Below are positions 1-7,096 of a stretch of 11,627 bases of DNA, piece after piece (within the stretch, counting starts at the first letter, position 1; each line of letters opens with the position of its first letter). This DNA is from Chloroflexota bacterium. GTDB lineage: Bacteria > Chloroflexota > Dehalococcoidia > UBA2979. Below the pieces are notes generated by a model. The model was not told the DNA's origin, searched no databases, and saw nothing but the letters and a program-made list of their open reading frames with translations. Where the stretch lies: positions 1 through 11,627 of the forward strand of contig JAQCIU010000063.1 in the NCBI GenBank assembly GCA_027593235.1. The letters are read 5' to 3'. Made by a program: the position numbers and the translations under genes.

Positions 1-1271
1 GCGAGGAGCTTCTTCGCCTCTTCCGGGGAGTAGTTGAACCACTTGCCGGAATCGCCGTGATCGGGGCTCTGCGGGTCGAGCCACCAACGGTCACCCCAAC
101 CGGCGGGGATGATGTTGTTCCAGCTGGTGCTGGCCGGCAGGCCGGCGTCACTCAGCGCGAAGGTGTTGTACCCGAGGTCGGTGAGGCCGTCCCGGTCGAG
201 CGACATGGAGACGGCCTGGCGGAACCGCTCGTCGCCGTAGGGGGCGTCCGTCGTGAGGATGTTGTCCCAGTAGAAGATCGACTGGAGCTGCGAGACCTGA
301 CCGAGCCACTGGAACTCGGGGTGGTCGGCACGCAGCGAGAGGATGTCTTCCGAGTTGACGTCGATCTGGCTCAGGTTCCCGGCAAGGAACTGCGCGAGTC
401 GGTTCGCGTACTCCGGAATGATCGGCCGCTCGAGCTTGTCGACGTACGGCAGCGATTCGCCGTCTTCGCCGAGCTCGTAGTAGGTGGGGTTGCGGTCGTA
501 GGAGAACCCACCGGACGGTCGGTACTCGTTGAGGATGTACGGACCGGCACCGATCATGGTGGTGGCCGGGTCGAAACCGCCGTCAGCTTCCTTCGGGAAG
601 ACCCAGAGCAGGTTCGCGTCGGCGATCTGCTCAAGGAAGGTGGGGGACGGGGCGTCGAGCGTGAAGACCACGGTCTCGGCGTCGGGGGCCTCAACCTTGA
701 GCCAGTTGAGAACCGCGTCGCGGTTCGGGCTCTCTTCGCGCTGGAGCAGGCTGGCGGAGAAGACGACGTCTTCCGCTTCGACCTTGCGGCCGCTGACCGG
801 CGCTACGTCCTGGAAGCTGTGGTCACGGAGCTTGACGGTCCAGGTCTGACCGTCCTCGGACTCGGCGCTGATCGCAGCGTCCGGGCCGGGGAGGGTCTCG
901 CCACCGTCGCTGCCCGGGAAGGTCTCGCGCTTGAAGAGGCGGTTGTAGGTGAAGGCCGCGGCGACCTTGCCCTCGAAGCTTGCGTTATCGTAAGGGTTGA
1001 TCGTCGGCGGGTCGCCGGCGAGCCAGTGGGTGTAGGTACCACCGCGCTTGATGACGTTGGTCGTTGGCGTGGTCGTCTGTCGGACCTGGGTGGCCTCGGC
1101 AGTAGCGGTGCCGCTACCCGCGTCCGCGGTCGCCGTGGGGTCTTCGCTGTCGCTGTCGCCACAGCCGATCAGGACGGCACCCGCAACACCTGCGGTTGCA
1201 ACGCCGGCGCCACGCAGTGCAGCACGGCGGCTGACACGACGACGCATCCAGTAGTTTCCAGAGTCGGTCAA
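1..1271 (-). CDS. ABC transporter substrate-binding protein, family 5 (peptide/nickel type), Tat lipoprotein; C-terminal part runs off the window
   Basis: Translated by hand. TTG start at 1271 follows GGAGGGAG and the frame is open to base 1. N-terminus MTDSGNYWMRRRVSRRAALRGAGVATAGVAGAVLIGC has a twin-arginine motif and a lipobox. Family-5 SBP motifs include KRGGTYT..GDPPTINP, DGQTWTVKLR, IGAGPYIL..Y, RNPTYY, LPYVDKLE, DERFRQAVSMSLDRD and YSPEEAKKLL. Confidence 0.93.
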   Translation of the reverse strand, partial: MTDSGNYWMRRRVSRRAALRGAGVATAGVAGAVLIGCGDSDSEDPTATADAGSGTATAEATQVRQTTTPTTNVIKRGGTYTHWLAGDPPTINPYDNASFEGKVAAAFTYNRLFKRETFPGSDGGETLPGPDAAISAESEDGQTWTVKLRDHSFQDVAPVSGRKVEAEDVVFSASLLQREESPNRDAVLNWLKVEAPDAETVVFTLDAPSPTFLEQIADANLLWVFPKEADGGFDPATTMIGAGPYILNEYRPSGGFSYDRNPTYYELGEDGESLPYVDKLERPIIPEYANRLAQFLAGNLSQIDVNSEDILSLRADHPEFQWLGQVSQLQSIFYWDNILTTDAPYGDERFRQAVSMSLDRDGLTDLGYNTFALSDAGLPASTSWNNIIPAGWGDRWWLDPQSPDHGDSGKWFNYSPEEAKKLL

Positions 1272-1339
1272 GTCGTTCTCCCTCCGGGTCTCGAATGTCG
1301 AGCCCGTGTACTGTCGCCAATCGCAGCGGCGACCGGCCC

Positions 1340-1530
1340 GAATCCACGCACACTCTTCAGAGTGCACTCCGTCACGGAAGCATACGTTGAGTGTGAGCGC
1401 TATAGATTCGCGGATTTACTGAAAAACATACGTAATAGGATGAACGTAATATGGAATCCAGTTCGTATGTTTTCCCCGGGAACGTCGGTCAACGTCGCGT
1501 TCAATGTCTTTTGTGATATTCGTGTTCAAC
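1340..1530. promoter_or_regulatory. AT-rich upstream regulatory region of the SBP gene, with inverted and direct repeats
   Basis: About 45% GC over 1381-1500 by hand count. Inverted repeat AAAACATACG (1423-1432) / CGTATGTTTT (1464-1473), direct repeat ACGTAATA (1430, 1444) and palindromes at 1351-1378. Confidence 0.55.
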
Positions 1531-1537
1531 CGCGAGC

Positions 1538-1882
1538 TTAGTCACGACAATCGAGGACGGCACGTTGGGTTTCGGGGCTGAGGAGATCTTCAACACGTAC
1601 GTTGAGGGCATTGGCGATGCGGATCAGGGTGGCCACCCTGAGATCGCGCTTGCCTGCTTCGTAGTTGGAGATTGACGCCTGGTCGATCCCGGCGGCGCGG
1701 GCGAGGCCTGACTGCGAGATGTGCCGGTGGAGACGCCAGACGCGAATCTGGCGACCGATGATCTCGCGTGCTCGTACTGGTTCGTCCGAGCGGTTGGTTT
1801 CCGATGTGGGGGTCGTGGACTCAGGGTCGGCGGGCCTGTCCACGATGGAGCGCCGTTCCGGCTTCCTGTCCCGGTCCATCAC
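1538..1882 (-). CDS. XRE/Cro-C1 family helix-turn-helix transcriptional regulator
   Basis: IGRQIRVWRLHRHISQSGLARAAGIDQASISNYEAGKRDLRVATLIRIANALNVRVEDLL is a canonical HTH_3 pattern. The start (GTG 1882 or ATG 1879) overlaps the AKR stop, and the true start could be further downstream. Confidence 0.9.
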   Translation of the reverse strand: MMDRDRKPERRSIVDRPADPESTTPTSETNRSDEPVRAREIIGRQIRVWRLHRHISQSGLARAAGIDQASISNYEAGKRDLRVATLIRIANALNVRVEDLLSPETQRAVLDCRD

Positions 1883-2835
1883 GAGATGCGGTCCACGGCG
1901 CGGTCGATGCGATGGATGATCGCGGGATCGAGGGGCCCAGCCGCTTCAGCGGCGAGGCAGTCGCGGAGTTCCTCGCGATTCTTGACCCCGAGCACCACGG
2001 TGTCGACACCCTCGATGGCGAGCGCGTAGCGGTGCGCGAGGTGTGCGGCGCCAACGTCGAGGTCAGCAGCGATGGCGCGGAAGGGCGCCGCGCGCCGGTA
2101 GTCGGCCCAGTCCGGGTGATCCGGGGGCAGTTCGCGATCAAAGGCCTCGGTGAGGGCGCCGGCCTGAACGGCGCGGATACCCATGACGCCGACGCCGCGC
2201 GAGCGTGCGAGCTGGATCGACTGGCGCGGGGCGAGGGGCTCATCGGCGCGGTGGAGCGCGCCGGTGGAATCGAGGAGGTTCGCGATGCACTGCACGACGT
2301 CAGGGGGCGGCTCATCCGCGAGGGCGGTGCGGACGATGCTGGGCCAGCCGATCCCGCTGATCCCCCAGGCACGCGTACGGCCTTCGGCTACGAGCCGCTG
2401 GAAGGCGGGCCGGACAGCCTCGCGGAAGAGCGTGAGCGAGGTGCCGCGAGCACTGCCGGCACCATCGGCGACGAGGTTTGCGTGCAGCAGGAAGACATCG
2501 ACGTGGTCGAGTCGCATCCGATCGAGGCTTTCGGACAGGCTGGCGGCGAGGTTGGCGTAGACCTCGGCGGCAGGCGGGTCGCCGAGGCGGCACTTGGTGG
2601 TGACGCGAACGCCTGCGGGGAGCGCGCCCTGGAACGCTTCACCGATGACGCGCTCGGCCTCGCCGTCGCCGTACGAGGGCGCCATGTCGAGGAGGGTGAT
2701 GCCAGCGTCGACAGCCTCGATGACGGTGGCGACCGCCTCGGCGCGCGTGGTGCCGCCCCAGACCGCGCCGATCCCGCCGCCGCCGAGGGAGAGGGCGCTG
2801 ACTGGCCCGGTGTGGCCGAGTGTGCGTGTTTCCAT
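1879..2835 (-). CDS. Aldo/keto reductase
   Basis: METRTLGHTG-PVSALSLGG N-terminus. The catalytic tetrad is present: D and Y in LLDMAPSYG, K in VTTKC, H in FLLHA. Also SLDRMRLDHVD and VVLGVKNREEL. GGAGG RBS upstream. Confidence 0.95.
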   Translation of the reverse strand: METRTLGHTGPVSALSLGGGGIGAVWGGTTRAEAVATVIEAVDAGITLLDMAPSYGDGEAERVIGEAFQGALPAGVRVTTKCRLGDPPAAEVYANLAASLSESLDRMRLDHVDVFLLHANLVADGAGSARGTSLTLFREAVRPAFQRLVAEGRTRAWGISGIGWPSIVRTALADEPPPDVVQCIANLLDSTGALHRADEPLAPRQSIQLARSRGVGVMGIRAVQAGALTEAFDRELPPDHPDWADYRRAAPFRAIAADLDVGAAHLAHRYALAIEGVDTVVLGVKNREELRDCLAAEAAGPLDPAIIHRIDRAVDRIS

Positions 2836-2850
2836 CCCGCCTCCAGGGAC

Positions 2851-2856
2851 AATCTA
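2851..2856 (-). promoter_or_regulatory. Possible -10 element (TAGATT) for the aldo/keto reductase
   Basis: TAnnnT hexamer 6 nt upstream of the GGAGG RBS in the 47-bp gap. No convincing -35 found. Confidence 0.3.
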
Positions 2857-2882
2857 GCGGAGTTCCCGTCAGATTTCGCTTG

Positions 2883-3470
2883 TCATAGCGCGGCGTCGGC
2901 TGCGGCGACCCCTTCCGGGAGTAGATCGCCGAAGACGGGGCCGAAGCTGATCCGCCGCAGGATGCCCGCACGATCAATAAAGAAGGTGGCGGGAAGCCCA
3001 CGGACTCCGTAGCGGAGCGCGACGTCGCCGGTGGGGGTGTCGGTCACCACGGGGAAGGTGAGGGCGAACTCCTGGACGAAGGCGGTCGCGGCCTCGGTGG
3101 TGTCCTGTGCGAGGAAGTCGACGCCGAGGACGACGAGATCGTCGCGCGACTGTCGCTCGTCCCAGAGCGCCTGCAGATCCGGCATCTCGGCGCGGCAGGG
3201 TGGGCACCAACTGGCCCAGAAGTTGAGGACAAGCGTCTTACCTCGGAAGTCACTGCTGCGGATCGGCTGGCCGGCGAGCGAGGGGAGGACGAACTCCGGC
3301 ATCGGCAGGCCGACCTCGGCGCGACGATCGTCGAGCAGTCCGTGGACGGCGGAGCCTGGAGCGTCGTCGGCGATGAACTCCCGCGCGACGAAGGCGCCGC
3401 CGACCGAGAGGACGAGGCCGGCGGCAGCGGCGCGACGGATCAGCGTGCGGCGGTCAAGTCGCGCGGGCAT
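2883..3470 (-). CDS. TlpA/ResA-family thiol-disulfide oxidoreductase (redoxin domain), 195 aa
   Basis: VGLPMPEFVLPSLAGQPIRSSDFRGKTLVLNFWASWCPPCRAEMP and YGVRGLPATFFID (CxxC plus cis-Pro loop). The likely start is ATG 3470, overlapping the upstream TAA (TAATG), rather than 4031 as in the ORF track. The N-terminus has DRRTLI followed by a hydrophobic segment. Confidence 0.93.
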   Translation of the reverse strand: MPARLDRRTLIRRAAAAGLVLSVGGAFVAREFIADDAPGSAVHGLLDDRRAEVGLPMPEFVLPSLAGQPIRSSDFRGKTLVLNFWASWCPPCRAEMPDLQALWDERQSRDDLVVLGVDFLAQDTTEAATAFVQEFALTFPVVTDTPTGDVALRYGVRGLPATFFIDRAGILRRISFGPVFGDLLPEGVAAADAAL

Positions 3471-4735
3471 TAGTCGGTGATCACGCGGGTGCCGGGCGCG
3501 AAGACCGCCCAGGCGAACCAGAAGTGGTTCGCGGAGATCACGGGATCTAGCTGGGTTCCGGTCAGCGGACCGGCGACGGCGAGGCCGAGGACATTCCACT
3601 GACTCCCGGTAGCGGCATCGAGGATCAGCCCGTCGCGGACCTCGAACGTGGCGGGGGCGCCGTCGATGACGGGGCGGAAGGCAGCGGCGGCGCCGATATT
3701 GCGGCCGGCGACGATGAAGGCGCCGTCCAGCGGGGAGAGCGCGCCGGACTGCCAGAAGGCGACGACGGCGGTTCCCGCCGATTCGCCCTCGAGGACGATC
3801 GCCTGGGTGAGGGCGCTGAAGGGGAAGGCGATCGGATCGTTGCCGAGGTCGACGGTGAGGACGCGCTCCTTGGCATCGAGCCGCTTGTCGTCGAATTCGT
3901 CGATGTGAAAGAGGGTGGAGCTGCCGGGCTGATCGTAGAGCGGGTAGGGGTTGTCCCCGTAGGGGAGGCCGCTGCCGGTGTCCCGGTTGAGGACGAGCGC
4001 TTCCGGGAAGGAGTCCCGGAAGTCGCCCCACGATGCGATCTGCGCTGGTAGGAAGTCGAGGCGCGTGCCGGCGGCGTCACCGACGATCGCCTCGCCGGTG
4101 ATCTGTTGCCACAGGGTCTCTGTCTGGCGGTCGTACATGATCAGATCGTTTCGCCGCAGCGCGCCGGAGACGCCGAACTCGCGGACGCTGCCGTCGACGG
4201 TACGGCGGAAGGCGATGGCGGTGTTGCAGAGCGGGCAGTAGGTGACGATCACCGGTTCACCGGCGACCTCGTCATTGACGATTTCGTGCCAGGTGAGGAT
4301 GCGCAGTGGATAGGCGCGGGCTTCGCCGTTGAGCTGGAAGGCGATCACGGGTTCACGCTCGTCGAGCCACTCGTTGGCGGTGGCGACGTCATCGAACTTC
4401 GGGTTGTCGATCGACTGGATGCCGTCGCGGGGGAGTACCGGGATGATTTCGTGCAGCTCGACGGTGGCGACGCTGGAGTTGTTGAGCGGGTAGTCCGTGG
4501 CGATGAAGTCGCGGGTGCGGGTCGCGGCGCGCCGGAGCGCCTCCTCGGCGGCTTCCTCGGCGGTGAGCGTGGCGGTCGGTTCCGGGGTGGCGGTCAGTTC
4601 CGCCGTTGCGGCAGGCGAGCTGGCGTCGGAAGCGGCCGTCGTCGCCGTGGGCGCTGCATCGTCCCCGCCGCCGCAGGCCGCGAGCAGCAGGAGGCAGGGG
4701 GAGATGAGCGCGGGGGCAATCCGTGAACGGAGCAT
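3470..4735 (-). CDS. DUF3179 domain-containing lipoprotein (CxxC), 421 aa
   Basis: Family-like motifs PRDGIQSIDNPKF, EARAYPLRILTWHEIVND, VTYCPLCNTA, FGVSGAL..NDLIMYDRQTETLWQQITGEA and C-terminal FWFAWAVF. ATG 4735 has GGAG 5 nt upstream, a signal peptide with lipobox LAAC, and an Ala/Thr/Pro linker. Confidence 0.88.
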   Translation of the reverse strand: MLRSRIAPALISPCLLLLAACGGGDDAAPTATTAASDASSPAATAELTATPEPTATLTAEEAAEEALRRAATRTRDFIATDYPLNNSSVATVELHEIIPVLPRDGIQSIDNPKFDDVATANEWLDEREPVIAFQLNGEARAYPLRILTWHEIVNDEVAGEPVIVTYCPLCNTAIAFRRTVDGSVREFGVSGALRRNDLIMYDRQTETLWQQITGEAIVGDAAGTRLDFLPAQIASWGDFRDSFPEALVLNRDTGSGLPYGDNPYPLYDQPGSSTLFHIDEFDDKRLDAKERVLTVDLGNDPIAFPFSALTQAIVLEGESAGTAVVAFWQSGALSPLDGAFIVAGRNIGAAAAFRPVIDGAPATFEVRDGLILDAATGSQWNVLGLAVAGPLTGTQLDPVISANHFWFAWAVFAPGTRVITD

Positions 4736-4980
4736 GCGCACTCCCGAGTGGTTGGCGTGGCGGCGGGATGTTCGGTCGGCGTTGGGCCGGAGGTGAGCGC
4801 TGACGGCGATCCTGGTGATCCGACGGTATCGATCGCAGCGGCGGACGCTGGTGACGCGGATCACTGCGGAACCTCGACGCCTCCATATCCGCCAACGCGG
4901 GCGGGCCAGACCAGGCGCGACATGGCATAGTCAAACCCCGTTTGGCAGGGTGAACGATTGATTCGGAAGGCAGGGTAGCG

Positions 4981-5976
4981 ATGCGCCTGGGTGTACTGGC
5001 CGGCATTTCCTCGGACTGGGAAGCGGATCTGGAGAAGGTCAAGATCGCGGAAGATCTGGGCTACGAGTTCGTGGGGACGGGCGAGGCATGGGGCCCGTCA
5101 TCGATTCCGTGGCTGACGGCGATCGCGCTGAACACGTCCAAGGTGCAGATCGGGACGACGATCCTGAATGTGTTCTCGCGCACGCCGGCGGCGATCGCGC
5201 AGGACTTCGCGGTACTGGATCAGCTTTCGAACGGGCGGATGGTGCTGGGCCTGGGGTCATCGGGCCAACTGGTGATCGAGCAGTTCCACGGGGTGCCGTT
5301 CAAGAAGCCGTTGCGGCGGCTACGTGAGTACACGGAGATCTTCAATTCGCTGATCGCGGGCGAGAAGCTGAACTACGCGGGCGAGGTCTTCGCGATGGAT
5401 CGCGGATTCCGGCTGAACTACCCGAGCCGGCGCGATCACATCCCGGTCTGGATCGCGGCGATCACGCCGAAATCGATCGAGCAGACCGGCGAGATCGCGG
5501 ACGGCATTTATCCGATCCACTGGCCGAAGCGGTTGTTCGCGGATCTGCGCGCGCAACTGGCTGCCGCGGCGACGGCGGTGGGCCGAGGGACCGCGGAGAT
5601 GACGATCGCGCCGTTCACGCGTGTGTACGTGTTGGACGGGACGGACGACGAGGCGCAATGGGCCGACGCACGCGAGCCGCTGCACTACTACGTGAACCGG
5701 ATGGGCGTCTTCTACTACCAGATGCTGGAGCGCAACGGCTTCGAGTCGGAGGTGGCGGAGTCACGCGAGCACTGGTCGGCGCGTGAAGCGGAGGCTTCGA
5801 AGGCGGCGATCTCCGAGGCGATGGTGCGCGAGATCCAGGTGATCGGCACCATCGAGGAGGTGCGCGAGCAGCTCGCGGAGCGGTCCGCGCTGGGAGCCGA
5901 TCTGCAGCTCATTCAGATGCCGCACGGCAGTCCGGCCGAGGCGGGGCGGACGTTGGAGTCATACCTCAGGGGGTAG
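4981..5976 (+). CDS. LLM-class (luciferase-like) flavin/F420-dependent oxidoreductase
   Basis: AEDLGYEFVGTGEAWG, IALNTSKVQIGTTILNVFSRTPAAIAQDFAVLDQLSNGRMVLGLGSSG and IPVWIAAITPK..GEIADG match bacterial luciferase / Mer-like TIM-barrel motifs. The cofactor cannot be determined from sequence alone. Confidence 0.93.
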   Translation: MRLGVLAGISSDWEADLEKVKIAEDLGYEFVGTGEAWGPSSIPWLTAIALNTSKVQIGTTILNVFSRTPAAIAQDFAVLDQLSNGRMVLGLGSSGQLVIEQFHGVPFKKPLRRLREYTEIFNSLIAGEKLNYAGEVFAMDRGFRLNYPSRRDHIPVWIAAITPKSIEQTGEIADGIYPIHWPKRLFADLRAQLAAAATAVGRGTAEMTIAPFTRVYVLDGTDDEAQWADAREPLHYYVNRMGVFYYQMLERNGFESEVAESREHWSAREAEASKAAISEAMVREIQVIGTIEEVREQLAERSALGADLQLIQMPHGSPAEAGRTLESYLRG

Positions 5977-5979
5977 CTG

Positions 5980-6026
5980 GCGACGGCGGGTGTGCCGGGG
6001 CCTCGGCGCACCCGCGTGGTTGTCGC
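5980..6026 (+). terminator. GC-rich stem-loop right after the LLM stop (probable terminator or stabiliser)
   Basis: GCGGGTGTGCCGG (5986-5998) pairs with TCGGCGCACCCGC (6003-6015) with two G-U pairs, and is extended by GCGAC/GTCGC. No U-tract. Confidence 0.5.
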
Positions 6027-6167
6027 GAGGCCCGCCGTTCCGCCGTCAGCTCCGTTGCCGTCGCGGCCGGGAGCTTGTGCGGGAAGCGGCCTCGGCCGTC
6101 CACTGGTGGTGCGGGCGGTGCTCAGGCCGTCCGGGGGCGGAGACAGGTGAGCGGGTTGAAGCGCACG

Positions 6168-6968
6168 ATGCGGAACACGCCGTTCTTGATCGCGTTCGCG
6201 CTGCTGGGGCTGGCGGCGACCGGTTGCCGGACCTCGGCGGCCGATGGCGCGGGGACGCCGACAGCGACGGTGGAGTCCACCGCGGAGCCCTCGCAGACCG
6301 CGGTGCCCTCGCAGACCGCGGTGCCCAACACGCCACGGCCCACGGCGACAGCGCTGGCGGCGTACGCGGTGTGCCTGTCGGATCGCGTGCGCCGACCGGA
6401 GCTGACGTGGGTGGTGGATAAGACGCGACCGCTGCCGGACGGCTACGTGCCGGACGATCTGGTGTTCCTCCCCGACGCGGTCGTGCCCCCCGGATTCGAG
6501 GGGCGACAGCTCGACGCTGAGGCAGCAGAGCATTTCGTTGAACTCGTGGCGGCTGCCGCAGTGGAGGGCTACGACCTGCGCGCGCGTTCGACCTACCGCT
6601 CGTACGACGAACAGGTGTGGACGTTCGCCTACTGGATCGAGCAGCTTGGCCAAACGGAGGCGGAACGGATCAGCGCGAAGCCGGGGCACAGCGAGCATCA
6701 GCTCGGGATGACGGCGGATGTGACGAGCCCCTCGGTCGGTTGGACGCTGAGCGAGGCGTTCGGCGAGACGCCGGAGGGCGTCTGGTTGCTGGAGCACGCT
6801 TACCGCTTCGGGTTCGGCGAGAGTTACTCGATCGATGGCGAGGAGACGACGGGGTACGCGTACGAGCCCTGGCACATCCGATACGTCGGGGTGGGCTGCG
6901 CGGAGTCCTGGCGCGAGAGCGATCTGACGTTGGTGGAGTTCCTCGAGATCCTCGACCTCGCGACGTAG
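6168..6968 (+). CDS. M15B-family (VanY-like) Zn D-alanyl-D-alanine carboxypeptidase, lipoprotein
   Basis: VVDKTRPLPDGYVPDDLV, STYRSYDEQ, SAKPGHSEHQLGMTAD (SxHxxGxxxD) and GYAYEPWHIRYVG (ExxH). Signal peptide ends in AATGC. Start is ATG 6168 or GTG 6147. Confidence 0.92.
   Translation: MRNTPFLIAFALLGLAATGCRTSAADGAGTPTATVESTAEPSQTAVPSQTAVPNTPRPTATALAAYAVCLSDRVRRPELTWVVDKTRPLPDGYVPDDLVFLPDAVVPPGFEGRQLDAEAAEHFVELVAAAAVEGYDLRARSTYRSYDEQVWTFAYWIEQLGQTEAERISAKPGHSEHQLGMTADVTSPSVGWTLSEAFGETPEGVWLLEHAYRFGFGESYSIDGEETTGYAYEPWHIRYVGVGCAESWRESDLTLVEFLEILDLAT
6279..6326 (+). repeat. 18-bp in-frame tandem repeat (about 2.7 copies) in the lipoprotein linker
   Basis: ACCGCGG(A/T)GCCCTCGCAG at 6279 and 6297, partial copy at 6315. 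Encodes TAEPSQ-TAVPSQ-TAVP. Confidence 0.85.
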
Positions 6969-7096
6969 CGGGATGCCCGCGGCGTCACGGTCTGATCCAG
7001 TGCTGCGGAAGTCTTAATGTCCTCGCAATCCTCGCCTGCTCACGATGGTGGTTGGCGATCTAGTATTTGGCCTCAGAGACGGGGCGGGGGGCATCG

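Noticed and set aside
57-1541. 494-aa plus-strand ORF
   Set aside because: Antisense shadow of the SBP gene. The V/G/R/D-rich composition is typical of reverse-frame ORFs in high-GC DNA and it has no motifs.
1768-3012. 414-aa plus-strand ORF
   Set aside because: Antisense shadow of the aldo/keto reductase with no recognisable domain.
3471-4031. Long N-terminal extension of the TlpA ORF
   Set aside because: Arg/Pro-rich off-frame read of the DUF3179 gene. The ATG at 3470 with the TAATG overlap is the plausible start.
4225-4240. Selenocysteine in DUF3179
   Set aside because: The motif is encoded as Cys (CPLC, TGC codons) and there is no in-frame TGA.
4736-4864. Upstream extension of DUF3179 to 4864
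   Set aside because: It would bury the lipoprotein signal, and ATG 4735 has an RBS.
5913-6875. 320-aa minus-strand ORF
   Set aside because: Antisense shadow of the carboxypeptidase with Arg-rich low-information sequence.
6168-6968. Vancomycin resistance locus
   Set aside because: No vanHAX or vanRS nearby, and M15B peptidases are common housekeeping enzymes.
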